Positions 1-9,740 of a stretch of 64,000 nt of DNA are shown one piece after another. The stretch comes from Candidatus Altiarchaeota archaeon (lineage in GTDB: Archaea > Altiarchaeota > Altiarchaeia > IMC4 > SCGC-AAA252-I15): assembly GCA_043800255.1 (NCBI GenBank), contig JAZDNF010000013.1, positions 1-64,000 on the forward strand, in the 5' to 3' direction. Positions within the stretch are counted from its first letter, which is position 1. The number at the start of each line of letters is the position of its first letter. Both the position numbers and the translations under genes were made by a program. Below the pieces are notes generated by a model. The model had not been told where the DNA came from and did not search any database. It was given only the letters and a program-made list of their open reading frames with translations.

Positions 1-741
1 ACCCTCATGCGCCTCATGTATGGCACCCGGCACAACCCTCAAATAAGCCGGAGTGCCAATCTCAGGATGACTACCATACGGATCATGACGCACATCACCC
101 AACAACTCAGTCTCAGACGCACCAGTAGCATGCACAAACGTCTTCCTCGTCAGAGGTATCAGCCTGAACCTGAGCTTCTGCATCTTGGTGTCGAACTTCT
201 GCTTGGCGTGGTCCACCACCTTAACCTTGCTCTTCTCCCGGATGTAGATGACGTCGATCTCCTGGCCTGTCGCCCCGAAGCAGGTTGTCTGTATCTCCCT
301 CTTCTGGGTGATATGCTTGAACTTGCTGGCCCCGCACTTTTTACAGACAGTGTCGTCTGGGCTTCCGTGGGCTCCGCACTTGGGGCACTTGAACCCGAGC
401 TGCTCCGCGACAAATGAGGGGACCTTCTGAGGTGATACGACTTTCTCGTGGACTTCCTCTGTTATGACCTCAACCAGAGGCCTGCTCTGGTTCTGAGGGT
501 TGTGCAGGATATTAATCTGCTCTTTTGGTTTGGGTAGGTGTCGCGCCAGAGCCTGCGCCATCATCGACTTCCCGATCCCTGGAGGACCTACCAGAAGAAG
601 ATGCCTTCTCTGCGTTATCGCCAGCTTTACCTTCTTTATTGCAGCATCCTGCCCGATGACCTGGTTGAGTATGTCCTCGGGCACCTTGATATCCTCTGTT
701 GTCGTGATCTCAGCCAGCGGCTTCTCAACCCAAGACCCCAT
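1..741 (-). CDS. Archaeal Lon-like (COG1067) AAA+ ATPase, N-terminal part, runs off the window edge
   Basis: Hand translation from ATG at 741: MGSWVEKPLAEITTTEDIKVPEDILNQVIGQD...LLVGPPGIGKS (Walker A)...CPKCG..CKKCG...ELLGDVRHDPYGSHPEIGTPAYLRVVPGAIHEAHEG, the LonB-type ATPase signature. Absent from the ORF track because it is truncated. Confidence 0.85.
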   Translation of the reverse strand, partial: MGSWVEKPLAEITTTEDIKVPEDILNQVIGQDAAIKKVKLAITQRRHLLLVGPPGIGKSMMAQALARHLPKPKEQINILHNPQNQSRPLVEVITEEVHEKVVSPQKVPSFVAEQLGFKCPKCGAHGSPDDTVCKKCGASKFKHITQKREIQTTCFGATGQEIDVIYIREKSKVKVVDHAKQKFDTKMQKLRFRLIPLTRKTFVHATGASETELLGDVRHDPYGSHPEIGTPAYLRVVPGAIHEAHEG

Positions 742-821
742 GTTATACTATACTCCATCCCTATTATATACTTTTCCGCCGGACTCCTGAACATTTTATT
801 GGCAGGCTAGCAGAGTATAAC

Positions 822-1880
822 ATGCAGCGTTCCGGAACGGTGGACCTGCCGTTGCACGGCGGGCGCGCTCCAAGATGGCTTTTCACGAGGATGGTGAAGC
901 TCGCGAAGGCAGTCTCAGACCACATAGTGTACGAGCACGGCAGCGCTGAACTGCTGCGCAGGGTCTCAGACCCCTACTGGTTTCAGGCTTTCTCATGCGT
1001 TCTGGGATTCGACTGGCACTCTTCAGGAACGACGACAACAACGTGCGGCGCGCTTAAGGAGGCAGTAATTCCTGCAGAACACGGTATCGCAGTCTGCGGC
1101 GGCAAGGGAGCCGCCTCCAGGAGGACGCCCTCCGAGATTGAAAACCTTTCGACGCTCTTCGACATTGGATGTGAGGAGTCGGAAAGGCTCAAGTACGCGA
1201 GCAGGATAACGGCGAAAGTCGACAACTCCTGCGTACAGGACAGCTACCAATTGTACCATCACGTGTTCATCTTCTCCTCAGAAGGCGAGTGGGCTGTTGT
1301 TCAGCAGGGCATGTCAGGCAGGTACGCTAGACGCTACCACTGGCTTTCAGACGACGTTGATGATTTCATAGTCGAACCCCACAGGGGGATATGCTGCGAC
1401 AGAATCGGAAAAAATGTGCTTGACATGACATCTGAGATGAGCGAAGAATCCAGAAGGGTGAGCCTCGACCTCGTGAAAGATAACCCCGAACACCTGAAAG
1501 ACTACTTCAGGATGCCATACCGTCACCCGGTGCTGGATGTCGACCTCACAGAGAAGGATATGGTGATGCTCAGAAAAGCCTATGAGCTGCAGCCGCAGGA
1601 CTATGAGGAACTGGTCTCCCTCAGAGGGATGGGCCCGAAGAAGATACGGGCGTTGGCTTTGATATCGGAGTTGATCCACGGCGCAAAGCCCAGCTGGCGG
1701 GATCCCGTGAAATTCAGCTTCACCCACGGCGGAAAGGACGGCTTCCCCTACCCTGTTGACAGGAGAGCCTACGACAATTCAATAAGCTTTCTGAGGACTG
1801 CCCTAGAGGAGGCTAAGGTAGAAAAGCCTGAGAGGATGAAAGCAGTGAGGAGGCTCACAGAATACATTCAGTCGACATAA
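822..1880 (+). CDS. DUF763 family protein
   Basis: LPLHGGRAPRWLF, DPYWFQAFSCVLGFDWHSSGTTT, AKVDN..QD.YQLYHH and FSFTHGGKDGFPYPVDR motifs. Confidence 0.9.
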   Translation: MQRSGTVDLPLHGGRAPRWLFTRMVKLAKAVSDHIVYEHGSAELLRRVSDPYWFQAFSCVLGFDWHSSGTTTTTCGALKEAVIPAEHGIAVCGGKGAASRRTPSEIENLSTLFDIGCEESERLKYASRITAKVDNSCVQDSYQLYHHVFIFSSEGEWAVVQQGMSGRYARRYHWLSDDVDDFIVEPHRGICCDRIGKNVLDMTSEMSEESRRVSLDLVKDNPEHLKDYFRMPYRHPVLDVDLTEKDMVMLRKAYELQPQDYEELVSLRGMGPKKIRALALISELIHGAKPSWRDPVKFSFTHGGKDGFPYPVDRRAYDNSISFLRTALEEAKVEKPERMKAVRRLTEYIQST

Positions 1881-2896
1881 TAGTCTCTGCCTTTCTGCTC
1901 GGTTTTAGGTTTCCCCTCGTTTTTCTGCCGGGCTGATTTCTCAATGAACATAAGACTGTAATACCTGAAGAAGACAGGCAACGGCAAGGTTACGACTATT
2001 ATGGCGTAGGCTAACAGCCAGATGATTGCGAGCGCGATAATCACGCCCAAAAGGATCACAGGCAAGATGATTAAACCGGCAGCCTTCAAAGCCATGATGT
2101 TGAAGCCGGAAAATTTGTAAAGCAGCATGCCAATCACCAGGAGCGGGACGCCGAGTATTATGGCAGCTGCCAGCAGTATTATCAAGCTGACTATCAGGCT
2201 CAGGATTCCTGCAACAATCTTCAGGACAAGTTTCACGATAACGTAGACCAGAAACTGCATCCTCTCCGCCCGGATGACTGCCGTAAGCCTCTTCCAGGAG
2301 GCTATTATGCCGTCGCCCTTTTCCAGCATGAAGACTATCACAAAGTCAGTCGTGAAGGAGTCGACGAGCGCGGCAACCGTTATGACCGCTATGAAGACTC
2401 CGAAGGCGGGTACCAGGTAGGCTAGGAGTATGAGAAAGCCGGTTCCCAAGCCGTGAGAGGAGAGGAGTATGACCGGGATCGCAAGCAGCACCACGACAAC
2501 GACCACCGCTATTCCGATGAGAAGCCTGAATGCAAAAAGGCTTAGCCCCCTCCTGAAATGTTTCTTGAAGCCTTCCCTGATTGACACCCTCCCGCTCATG
2601 ACCGACTCCAGGAAGACGAAGGACGCTATCGAGGATACAATACCGAAGATGAGCGCAACGCAGATGATGGTAACCACGAACAGAATTATGAGTGGAAACG
2701 CCAGCCCGCTGAATCTTGCGTCAAGCTCTTCGGATGATAGGGACCTGGAGACATTCAAGCCGGAGTCCAGCGAGGTCATGAGGAAAACGACCAAACCCAT
2801 TCTCAGCCAAAACCTGATCTGAAAGTCCTTGAGAAGAAGGTCCTTGGTCTTCTTAACAGCGGGTTCGATCAGCTCCAACGCCCTGTAACCGGTCAT
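1868..2896 (-). CDS. Multi-pass integral membrane protein
   Basis: About 7-8 hydrophobic segments; ATG at 2896 overlaps the upstream pfkB stop (ATGA). Confidence 0.75.
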   Translation of the reverse strand: MTGYRALELIEPAVKKTKDLLLKDFQIRFWLRMGLVVFLMTSLDSGLNVSRSLSSEELDARFSGLAFPLIILFVVTIICVALIFGIVSSIASFVFLESVMSGRVSIREGFKKHFRRGLSLFAFRLLIGIAVVVVVVLLAIPVILLSSHGLGTGFLILLAYLVPAFGVFIAVITVAALVDSFTTDFVIVFMLEKGDGIIASWKRLTAVIRAERMQFLVYVIVKLVLKIVAGILSLIVSLIILLAAAIILGVPLLVIGMLLYKFSGFNIMALKAAGLIILPVILLGVIIALAIIWLLAYAIIVVTLPLPVFFRYYSLMFIEKSARQKNEGKPKTEQKGRDYYVD

Positions 2897-3798
2897 TTTA
2901 TCGAAGACACTCTCTCGACAACCTTGTCCCATGTGGGCAGGTTGGTCTGGCAGCCCCACCCTTCGACGACGAATGATGCGGTGGCGTTGCCGAATTTCAC
3001 GGATTCGTAGATGTCATGCCCTCTGACGTGGGCTGCTATGAAGCCTGCGTTGAAGGCGTCTCCCGCTCCGGAGGAGTCGACGACTTTCGTCCTGTATGCG
3101 CCGACCGTCACTTCGGTGTTCTTCGCATAGACCGAGCTCCCCTTCCTGCCTCTGGTAACGATGATCATCTCAGGCCCCATCGGGAATTTTATCATGAAAC
3201 CGATGCTTCTCAAGTGATCGAGCTCGTGCTCGTTCAGTATGAGAACGTCGGTCTTCTTCAGTATTCGGGTGAACTGCTCCGGGATTTTGTCGAACTTGAA
3301 TACGCCGTATCCTGGGTTGTAGACGACGAACTTGTTCTTGCAGGCTCTCACGACCTTGTTCTGCAGCTTCAGATATGTTCTGCCGAAGTATACGGCATGC
3401 GCATTCCTGATGAGGTCCCTCTCAAACGTCTCCCCAGGCTCAAGGTCGTCAAGCATTTCCGTGACGCCCTTATAGAAGAAGCTTATCTGCTCTCCGTTGT
3501 TCTTGAAGAACATGGACTTGGTAGTGTCGCCGAAGACGCCCTTAAGGTAGAGCCGTATGCCCATGTTCTCCATGTACTTTATGTAATCCTCGACGTCGGT
3601 GCCTATCACGCTGACAAGGCCTGTCCTAAGCCCCAATGAGGAAGCGACAACGGCAGTGTTGGCTCCCATCCCGCCGTAAAACCTATGGCTCCGTAGGACA
3701 TCGGCTGCTGTGTTCGGCTTCGGGAACTTGTCAACCTCATAGAAGTAGTCTATCGCAGTATCCCCAAACACCACCAAATCCAAAGGACCTGACATCAT
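2893..3798 (-). CDS. PfkB/ribokinase-family sugar or nucleoside kinase
   Basis: GGMGANTA, NEHE and VVDSSGAGDAFNAG PfkB signatures. Confidence 0.9.
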   Translation of the reverse strand: MMSGPLDLVVFGDTAIDYFYEVDKFPKPNTAADVLRSHRFYGGMGANTAVVASSLGLRTGLVSVIGTDVEDYIKYMENMGIRLYLKGVFGDTTKSMFFKNNGEQISFFYKGVTEMLDDLEPGETFERDLIRNAHAVYFGRTYLKLQNKVVRACKNKFVVYNPGYGVFKFDKIPEQFTRILKKTDVLILNEHELDHLRSIGFMIKFPMGPEMIIVTRGRKGSSVYAKNTEVTVGAYRTKVVDSSGAGDAFNAGFIAAHVRGHDIYESVKFGNATASFVVEGWGCQTNLPTWDKVVERVSSIK

Positions 3799-3833
3799 TA
3801 TTTATTATCCCACAGTTTAATATACATGCTTGT

Positions 3834-4511
3834 ATGAAAATCGTTTTCTCGGTCGGTGGTTCGATAGTCGCCCCCGACAATGTGGACAACGCATTCGTCA
3901 AGCAGCTCGCATCGTTCCTTGCCGGGCTCTCTGAGAGCAACCAGGTTGCGGTAGTCGTCGGTGGAGGAGCCCCCGCGAGGAGGGAGATAAAAAAGGCAAA
4001 GGATAAGGGTTTATCAGAGGCAGAGTGCGATTATATAGGAATCCTGGCGACAAGGGAGAACGCTAAGGCGCTTGCAGCCGCCCTCGGGGAGAACGCCAAC
4101 CGGAAGATACCGGAAACGATTGCCGACGCGGCGAAACTCTTCGGGAAAAAAATACTCGTTATGGGGGGCACAGAGCCAGGCCATTCGACTGACGCCGTCG
4201 CGGCGCTGATAGCGGACTGGGCCAAGGCTGACCTCCTCATCAACGCGACAAACGTGGATGGCATATACGACAAGGACCCGAAGAAGAACAAGGATGCGAG
4301 ACTCCTTAAGAGCGTGAAAATCGACAGCCTGCTCCAGATGATAGTCTCAGAGTCGGTCGGCGCCGGAAAATACGCCCTCATGGACTTGACATCCGTTAAG
4401 ATAGTCCAGCGCTCGAAGATTAGGACAGCCGTGCTCAACGGCAGAGACCTCGGCAACGTCAGCGCGCTAGTAAGCGGTAAGGATTTCAGGGGGACGACTG
4501 TTCTCTTCTGA
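3834..4511 (+). CDS. pyrH: UMP kinase (archaeal)
   Basis: SVGGS, VVVGGG, MGGTEPGHSTDAVAA, TNVDGIYDKDP; start trimmed to ATG 3834. Confidence 0.93.
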   Translation: MKIVFSVGGSIVAPDNVDNAFVKQLASFLAGLSESNQVAVVVGGGAPARREIKKAKDKGLSEAECDYIGILATRENAKALAAALGENANRKIPETIADAAKLFGKKILVMGGTEPGHSTDAVAALIADWAKADLLINATNVDGIYDKDPKKNKDARLLKSVKIDSLLQMIVSESVGAGKYALMDLTSVKIVQRSKIRTAVLNGRDLGNVSALVSGKDFRGTTVLF

Positions 4512-5118
4512 GCTTGTCCAGCAGGTGCACCAGCTCTGAGAGGTCTTCGACAGTCGAGTCGCCTTTAGTCCTCACACCTATCGTATGGCAGCCTGCCTTC
4601 TTCCCAGCTTCCGTGTCAGACTTGGTGTCTCCCACCATTATCGTCTCCTTCTCCTTCACCTTAAGTTCCTTGCACGCCTTGTGTATTATCTCAGGAGCCG
4701 GCTTTCCGATGGAGACGTCATTCCCGCCCAGGATGATGTCGAACCTGTCTTTTATCTTCAGCGTCTCCAGTGTGAGCATCATGAGCTCGCTTGGCGTGTT
4801 GGTGACGACGCCCTTCAGTATCCCGTTCTCTTCAAGGTAGTCAAGAACGAAGATGGTTTCGGGAAATAGTTGAACGCTCTGGATGTTGTCTGGGAAGAGC
4901 TGGCCGTAGAGTTCAGCCAGCTGCTCGCTCGACAGTTTAGGGAAGAACCTCCTCACGTCCTCCTCCGTGGACTGCCCCAGTATCTCGGTGCAGAAGTACT
5001 CGAAGGTTATGAGCTTGCCGCCGGTCTGCTCTAAAGCCTGGTTGAAAGTCTTATACCAGGTCGGGACCGAGTCTACGATGGTCCCGTCCATGTCGAACAA
5101 TACCGCCTTCACAATCAT
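4486..5118 (-). CDS. HAD-superfamily phosphatase (phosphoglycolate phosphatase-like)
   Basis: FDMDGT motif I, VVTN, KPAP, MVGDTKSD. Confidence 0.88.
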   Translation of the reverse strand: MIVKAVLFDMDGTIVDSVPTWYKTFNQALEQTGGKLITFEYFCTEILGQSTEEDVRRFFPKLSSEQLAELYGQLFPDNIQSVQLFPETIFVLDYLEENGILKGVVTNTPSELMMLTLETLKIKDRFDIILGGNDVSIGKPAPEIIHKACKELKVKEKETIMVGDTKSDTEAGKKAGCHTIGVRTKGDSTVEDLSELVHLLDKLRREQSSP

Positions 5119-5153
5119 CTAAAACTATAGGTATTGTTCTATTATATAAGTCT

Positions 5154-5333
5154 TCAGTCAGACTTCTTAGGCCTGTGGAGTATCAGCTTCCCGTTCAATG
5201 GGACTACATCCATCAGCACTGTGATGGTGTCGTTCCCCGCGAAGGCCACTCCCACATTAGTCCACCTTTCCTTCCCGCTGTCAGCGTCTGACTGGACCGT
5301 GCTGACACGGTAATCCGGAGCCTGTCCTTTCAT
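5154..5333 (-). CDS. 59-aa small beta-rich protein (below the ORF-track cutoff)
   Basis: MKGQAPDYRVSTVQSDADSGKERWTNVGVAFAGNDTITVLMDVVPLNGKLILHRPKKSD*; SD-like GAGGTGA 4 nt before the ATG; fills an otherwise empty gap. Confidence 0.75.
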   Translation of the reverse strand: MKGQAPDYRVSTVQSDADSGKERWTNVGVAFAGNDTITVLMDVVPLNGKLILHRPKKSD

Positions 5334-5363
5334 AATATCACCTCAGTTACAGTCTTCTCCCTG

Positions 5364-6251
5364 ATGCTAGAAAAAGACAACCTGAGAGCAGCGGAAAAGT
5401 ATTTTAGGATACTTGACGGTAAGATTAACATGAAACTTACTGTCAGAGGCGGAAAAACCGGTGGAGAACCTCCGGAACCAATTGGGCCGCAGCAATTCTC
5501 CTTTACAAAAGAGGATTTTGAGAGTATGCGTTCAGACAGAAATCGTGTCTTAGAGCAGATTGGTGAAAACGAGGGCCGGATATGGAGGGTAGGGGATATG
5601 CCCTTAAGGCAGGATGACCAGGGGAATGTTTTAGAGAATCCTGTAAGATTTATCAGAGATTCTGAAAAGGCAGGATTGCTTAAAGGCATAAAAAGTAAAA
5701 GAGTCTTGGATTTCTCATCAGGCTTGGGCAGGAATGCATTATATCTGATGAAAAGGGGAGCAGACATAACATCTGTCGCATACGAGCCTGCTGAGCGCGA
5801 TTTCCAAAAAGTATGGTCTGAGAGATATCAGAATAAGTTCAAAAGACAGGGTTGTGGGACAATCGACATACGAGGAGGTAGTTTCCAGCAGACTGGACTC
5901 GTAGAGGGTGAAAATTTTGATGTTATAATATGTACGAATGCCCTTGCCCACGCTAGCATGCATGAAGGCAGAGACTTCATAATGAATATCCAGGAGAGAA
6001 CACCATCTGGGGGAGTCCACATTGTCTCTACTTGGAATCAACATGATGAACGGGTTGGAGAACGTGCACGTCGAAGAGGTGGGTTCATAACCTCAGGCGA
6101 TGCGAATGACGAGCTACAGAAACTTTATCCCCGGGAGGAGTGGCTGCATATTGGCTCCAGCCCGGACAAGAGGATACCCTGGTCTCTTAACAGAGAGCTA
6201 GGCATTAATGATACCAGAAGTCACTCTGTGATTATCGCAGTAAAAAAGTGA
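5364..6251 (+). CDS. Class I SAM-dependent methyltransferase (TehB-like, divergent)
   Basis: VLDFSSGLGRNALYL motif I variant, FDVIICTNALAH, TPSGGVHIV; true start may be 5430. Confidence 0.7.
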   Translation: MLEKDNLRAAEKYFRILDGKINMKLTVRGGKTGGEPPEPIGPQQFSFTKEDFESMRSDRNRVLEQIGENEGRIWRVGDMPLRQDDQGNVLENPVRFIRDSEKAGLLKGIKSKRVLDFSSGLGRNALYLMKRGADITSVAYEPAERDFQKVWSERYQNKFKRQGCGTIDIRGGSFQQTGLVEGENFDVIICTNALAHASMHEGRDFIMNIQERTPSGGVHIVSTWNQHDERVGERARRRGGFITSGDANDELQKLYPREEWLHIGSSPDKRIPWSLNRELGINDTRSHSVIIAVKK

Positions 6252-6255
6252 TGAC

Positions 6256-7173
6256 CTATTTGACGTAGTCCAGCCATTTGCCGTATTTTTTGGTCTTGCC
6301 TTTGGCTGCCTTGAAGAACGCAGTCTGCAGTTTCTTCGTTATCGGTCCGGGTTTTCCTATTGTGACGTGGTCGACTTCCCGTATTGGGGTGACCTCTGCT
6401 GCTGTGCCTGTGAAGAACGCTTCATCAGAGGAGTACAGCATCCCCCTGTCGAGGTCTGTTATGCAGACCGGCATTTTCAGGCCTGACGCCAGCTGTATTA
6501 TGGAGTCTCTTGTAATCCCTGCCAGTATGCTCGCATGTGACGGCGGCGTGAACAGCATCCCGTCCTTTACAATGAATATGTTCTCTCCCGGGCCCTCAGA
6601 TATTAGGCCTCTGTTGTCCAGCATCAGAGCCTCGTTGTAGCCGCAACCCAGAGCCTCGATCTTGGCAAGTATGGAGTTGATGTACTGTCCGGTCGCCTTA
6701 GCCTGCGTTGGCATGACATTGGAGTTTATCCTCTCATATGACGAGATTTTGACCCTTATGCCGTTCTTCAGGCCGTCCTCTCCAAGGTATGTGCCCCACG
6801 GCCAGACCGCTATGGCTGAGTCTATGGGAGCCTTCAATGGATTCAAACCCATCTCACCGTATCCTCTGTAGACTATGGGCCGTATGTAGCATTCCCTGAG
6901 CCTGTTGGCTTTTATGAGGTCCTTGGTCGCCTTGCAGAGGGCCTCGACAGTGTAAGGCAGCTTCATCGCATAAACTTTCGCGGAATTCTCAAGCCTCAGC
7001 AGGTGGTCTTTCAGCCTGAAGACCGCGGGGCCTCTACCAGTGTTGTAGCATCGTATGCCCTCGAACACGCCTGAACCATAGTGTAGGGCGTGAGTTAGGA
7101 TGTGTATTCTCGCGTCATCCCATCCGACGAGCTTCCCGTTGAACCAGATTTTCTCGACCTTGGTTATTGGCAT
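6256..7173 (-). CDS. ilvE: Branched-chain amino acid aminotransferase
   Basis: LHYGSGVFEGIR, AKATGQY (PLP Lys), EGPGENIF, ILAGITR, FTGTAAEVTPI. Confidence 0.95.
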   Translation of the reverse strand: MPITKVEKIWFNGKLVGWDDARIHILTHALHYGSGVFEGIRCYNTGRGPAVFRLKDHLLRLENSAKVYAMKLPYTVEALCKATKDLIKANRLRECYIRPIVYRGYGEMGLNPLKAPIDSAIAVWPWGTYLGEDGLKNGIRVKISSYERINSNVMPTQAKATGQYINSILAKIEALGCGYNEALMLDNRGLISEGPGENIFIVKDGMLFTPPSHASILAGITRDSIIQLASGLKMPVCITDLDRGMLYSSDEAFFTGTAAEVTPIREVDHVTIGKPGPITKKLQTAFFKAAKGKTKKYGKWLDYVK

Positions 7174-7212
7174 CGGCCACCACCGTTAACTATTAGGATA
7201 GGCTATAAAAAA

Positions 7213-8238
7213 TCAGTCTAATTTTATGGTTGAACCTTTATGCACTATGCTCACTCCGCCGCCTTCGACGATTCTGCCGACAGGCGCTATCCTGAACTCT
7301 CTGCCGTATTTGCCGACTATGAGGTTGGCGGTCTCCTCCGAGCAGATGACGCAGAAGCCGACTCCCATGTTGAATGTCCGGTACATTTCGTCGACGCTGA
7401 CTTTGCCGAGCTCCTGGATTTTCTTGAATATCAGGGGAGGCTCGGGCAGCTTGTCGAGCATGATTCCATGCTTTGTAATCCTCCTCAGGTTCAGCATGCC
7501 GCTGCCTGTGATGTTGGCTAGGCCGTGTATTTCATACTCTTTCAGGAGCGTCAGGACCTCTTTGACGTATATTCTCGTCGGCGTGAGGAGTTTGGTCCAC
7601 ATGTTGACAGGCAACACCTTGCGCGCCAGCGTCAGGCCGTTGCTGTGTATTCCTGAACTCGCAAATCCTAATATTACGTCGCCGACTGCTATCGTCTCGC
7701 CGGTTATTATCTTGTCCTTCTTTACCGCGCCTATCGCGGCGGCGGCAATGTCGAATCCCATCCTCCCCTTCCCCATTATTATGTCAGGCAGGGTTGCTGT
7801 CTCGCCGCCGACGATTGCGATTTCGGCCTGCCTGGCGCCCTCATACAGTCCGATTGAAATTTCCCTGGCGGTTTTCTCGTCTGGGTGGGATATCGCAAGG
7901 TAATCTACCATCGCGATAGGCTCTGCTCCAAGGCATAACAGGTCGTTGACGTTCATCGCCACCAGGTCTATTCCGACAGTATCGTACTTTTCAAGCTCCT
8001 GCGCGACAAGAACCTTGCTTCCGACGCCGTCGGTCGTGAAAGCAAGCGCGTATTCGCCGAAGTCTATGGTGTTGGCGAATGTGCCGATGTCGTACATGAC
8101 GCTCCCAATCTTGCCCTCCCGAAACTTGAAGGTCTTAGAAACCCAGGTTCGTATTCCAGATATGGTCTTATCCTCCTTCTTTATGTCAACCCCTGCCTTC
8201 GCATACGTTGAAGGCTTCTCCTTGGATTTCTTTTCCAT
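7213..8238 (-). CDS. purM: Phosphoribosylformylglycinamidine cyclo-ligase (AIR synthetase)
   Basis: TYAKAGVDI, TDGVGSK, AMNVNDL, GGETA, SSGIHSNG, TFNMGVG. Confidence 0.95.
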   Translation of the reverse strand: MEKKSKEKPSTYAKAGVDIKKEDKTISGIRTWVSKTFKFREGKIGSVMYDIGTFANTIDFGEYALAFTTDGVGSKVLVAQELEKYDTVGIDLVAMNVNDLLCLGAEPIAMVDYLAISHPDEKTAREISIGLYEGARQAEIAIVGGETATLPDIIMGKGRMGFDIAAAAIGAVKKDKIITGETIAVGDVILGFASSGIHSNGLTLARKVLPVNMWTKLLTPTRIYVKEVLTLLKEYEIHGLANITGSGMLNLRRITKHGIMLDKLPEPPLIFKKIQELGKVSVDEMYRTFNMGVGFCVICSEETANLIVGKYGREFRIAPVGRIVEGGGVSIVHKGSTIKLD

Positions 8239-8239
8239 A

Positions 8240-8998
8240 CTAGAATAATTCCACGTTGAGGTTAAAAAACCGGGTTGCATTAGCTGTTGTGATGTCCGCA
8301 ACCGAGGATATTCTGGTCTTTTTCAGCTCTGCGACGACCTCAGCAGCCTTCCCCACGTTGAGGGGGGTGTTCCGTTCACCTCGTATAGGCGAAAGGTAGG
8401 GAGCGTCGGTCTCAAGCACCATGTGCTCTAGGGGTAGTTCAGCAGCAAGCCTCTGTTTTGCCTTAGAGTATGAGATGCTGGTTGGGATGGAGATCAGGCA
8501 GGACAATTCTACGGCCCTCAATGCCTGCTCCAGGCTTCCCGAAAAACAATGCATGAGAGCGCTGCAGCCGGCTTCCTCCAGTATGTTGAGAGCATCCTCC
8601 TCGGCGTCTCTTGAATGGACTATCAACGGCAGCTTTTCCCTGATGCTGTAGTTGACAAAATCTTCGAACATTTTTCTCTGGGCTGACCTCTTGGCTTCGT
8701 CCTTGATCCAGTAGTAGTCTAAACCGACTTCTCCGATACCTGCAAGGTCGGATTTGTGTCTCTTGAGTAATGAGATAAGTTTTGAAAAATCGTCACCTGT
8801 CGCAGTGCTGGGGTTCAAGCCTGCTGTCAGATGCAGGTTATCATGCTCCCCTACCAGGTTGATGCCAGCCGCTATCTCATCAGGGGAGGTTGCGGAGATT
8901 ATTACGTTAATCCCCTTTCGCTGGCATTCCAAGACGATCTCAAGCCTGTCCGCATCAAACTCTGAGGACATGAGATGCGCGTGCACGTCAAACAGCAT
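8240..8998 (-). CDS. TatD family hydrolase
   Basis: DVHAHL, IGEVGLDY, VHSRDA, HCFSG, ETDAPYL. Confidence 0.92.
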   Translation of the reverse strand: MLFDVHAHLMSSEFDADRLEIVLECQRKGINVIISATSPDEIAAGINLVGEHDNLHLTAGLNPSTATGDDFSKLISLLKRHKSDLAGIGEVGLDYYWIKDEAKRSAQRKMFEDFVNYSIREKLPLIVHSRDAEEDALNILEEAGCSALMHCFSGSLEQALRAVELSCLISIPTSISYSKAKQRLAAELPLEHMVLETDAPYLSPIRGERNTPLNVGKAAEVVAELKKTRISSVADITTANATRFFNLNVELF

Positions 8999-9740
8999 CT
9001 TCCACCCTGATTTCGTCGCCGGCTTTAACATTAAGAAGTTCGGAAGCGCTTCCCATGTTGAGGATTATCTCAAGTAGGCCGTGGCTTCCTCTTATGATGC
9101 CCAAGCCGTCTCCGACTTCGCTGAATGTGCCGACTGCGGTTGCCTTAAAAGTCTTACCGCCAACCATGAGGTTGACCCTCCGTCCGGGACGCAGGTCATG
9201 CTCCATGTTGACGACGACGTTGCCGAAAGAGTCGACATAGAGTACAGTGCCCTCATCAACTTCCAGCTGCACAATCGGATTGGTTCTTCTGCAGAATCTT
9301 GTTAAGTCAACGCCGTCGTCGATGAGCGCAGCCGCGGGAGCGAAGACGTCTCTCCCGTGGAAGGTTCTTGAGATTTCGCCCATTTTTATCTGGCCTCTCA
9401 AGCGTTTCACGTCTATTTCATAGAATTCGGGGTTTTTCAAATCCTTCAACGCCATGCTGAAGAGGCCGTTGTCAGGTCCGACGAAACTGCAGTATCCTGT
9501 TCTGACTATTATTGGCTTCCTCTCTGTCCCAACACCGGGGTCGACGACGCCTATGTGGATTGTTCCCTCCGGAAAATGCTTCCATATTTTCGACAGTATG
9601 AATGCCCCCTCAAGGATGTTATGCCGTCGTATGTTGTGTCTGACGTCGACAACCTTCGCATCAGGGTTTATGGAATAGATTATGCCCTTCAACTCCGCAA
9701 CATAATAGTCGTTCCCGAAGTCAGTGGTTAAGGTTATCAT
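8988..9740 (-). CDS. SAM hydroxide adenosyltransferase (DUF62, chlorinase/fluorinase family)
   Basis: ITLTTDFG, VVDPGVGTER, GPDNG, TFHGRDVFAP, YVDSFGN. Confidence 0.92.
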   Translation of the reverse strand: MITLTTDFGNDYYVAELKGIIYSINPDAKVVDVRHNIRRHNILEGAFILSKIWKHFPEGTIHIGVVDPGVGTERKPIIVRTGYCSFVGPDNGLFSMALKDLKNPEFYEIDVKRLRGQIKMGEISRTFHGRDVFAPAAALIDDGVDLTRFCRRTNPIVQLEVDEGTVLYVDSFGNVVVNMEHDLRPGRRVNLMVGGKTFKATAVGTFSEVGDGLGIIRGSHGLLEIILNMGSASELLNVKAGDEIRVEDAV

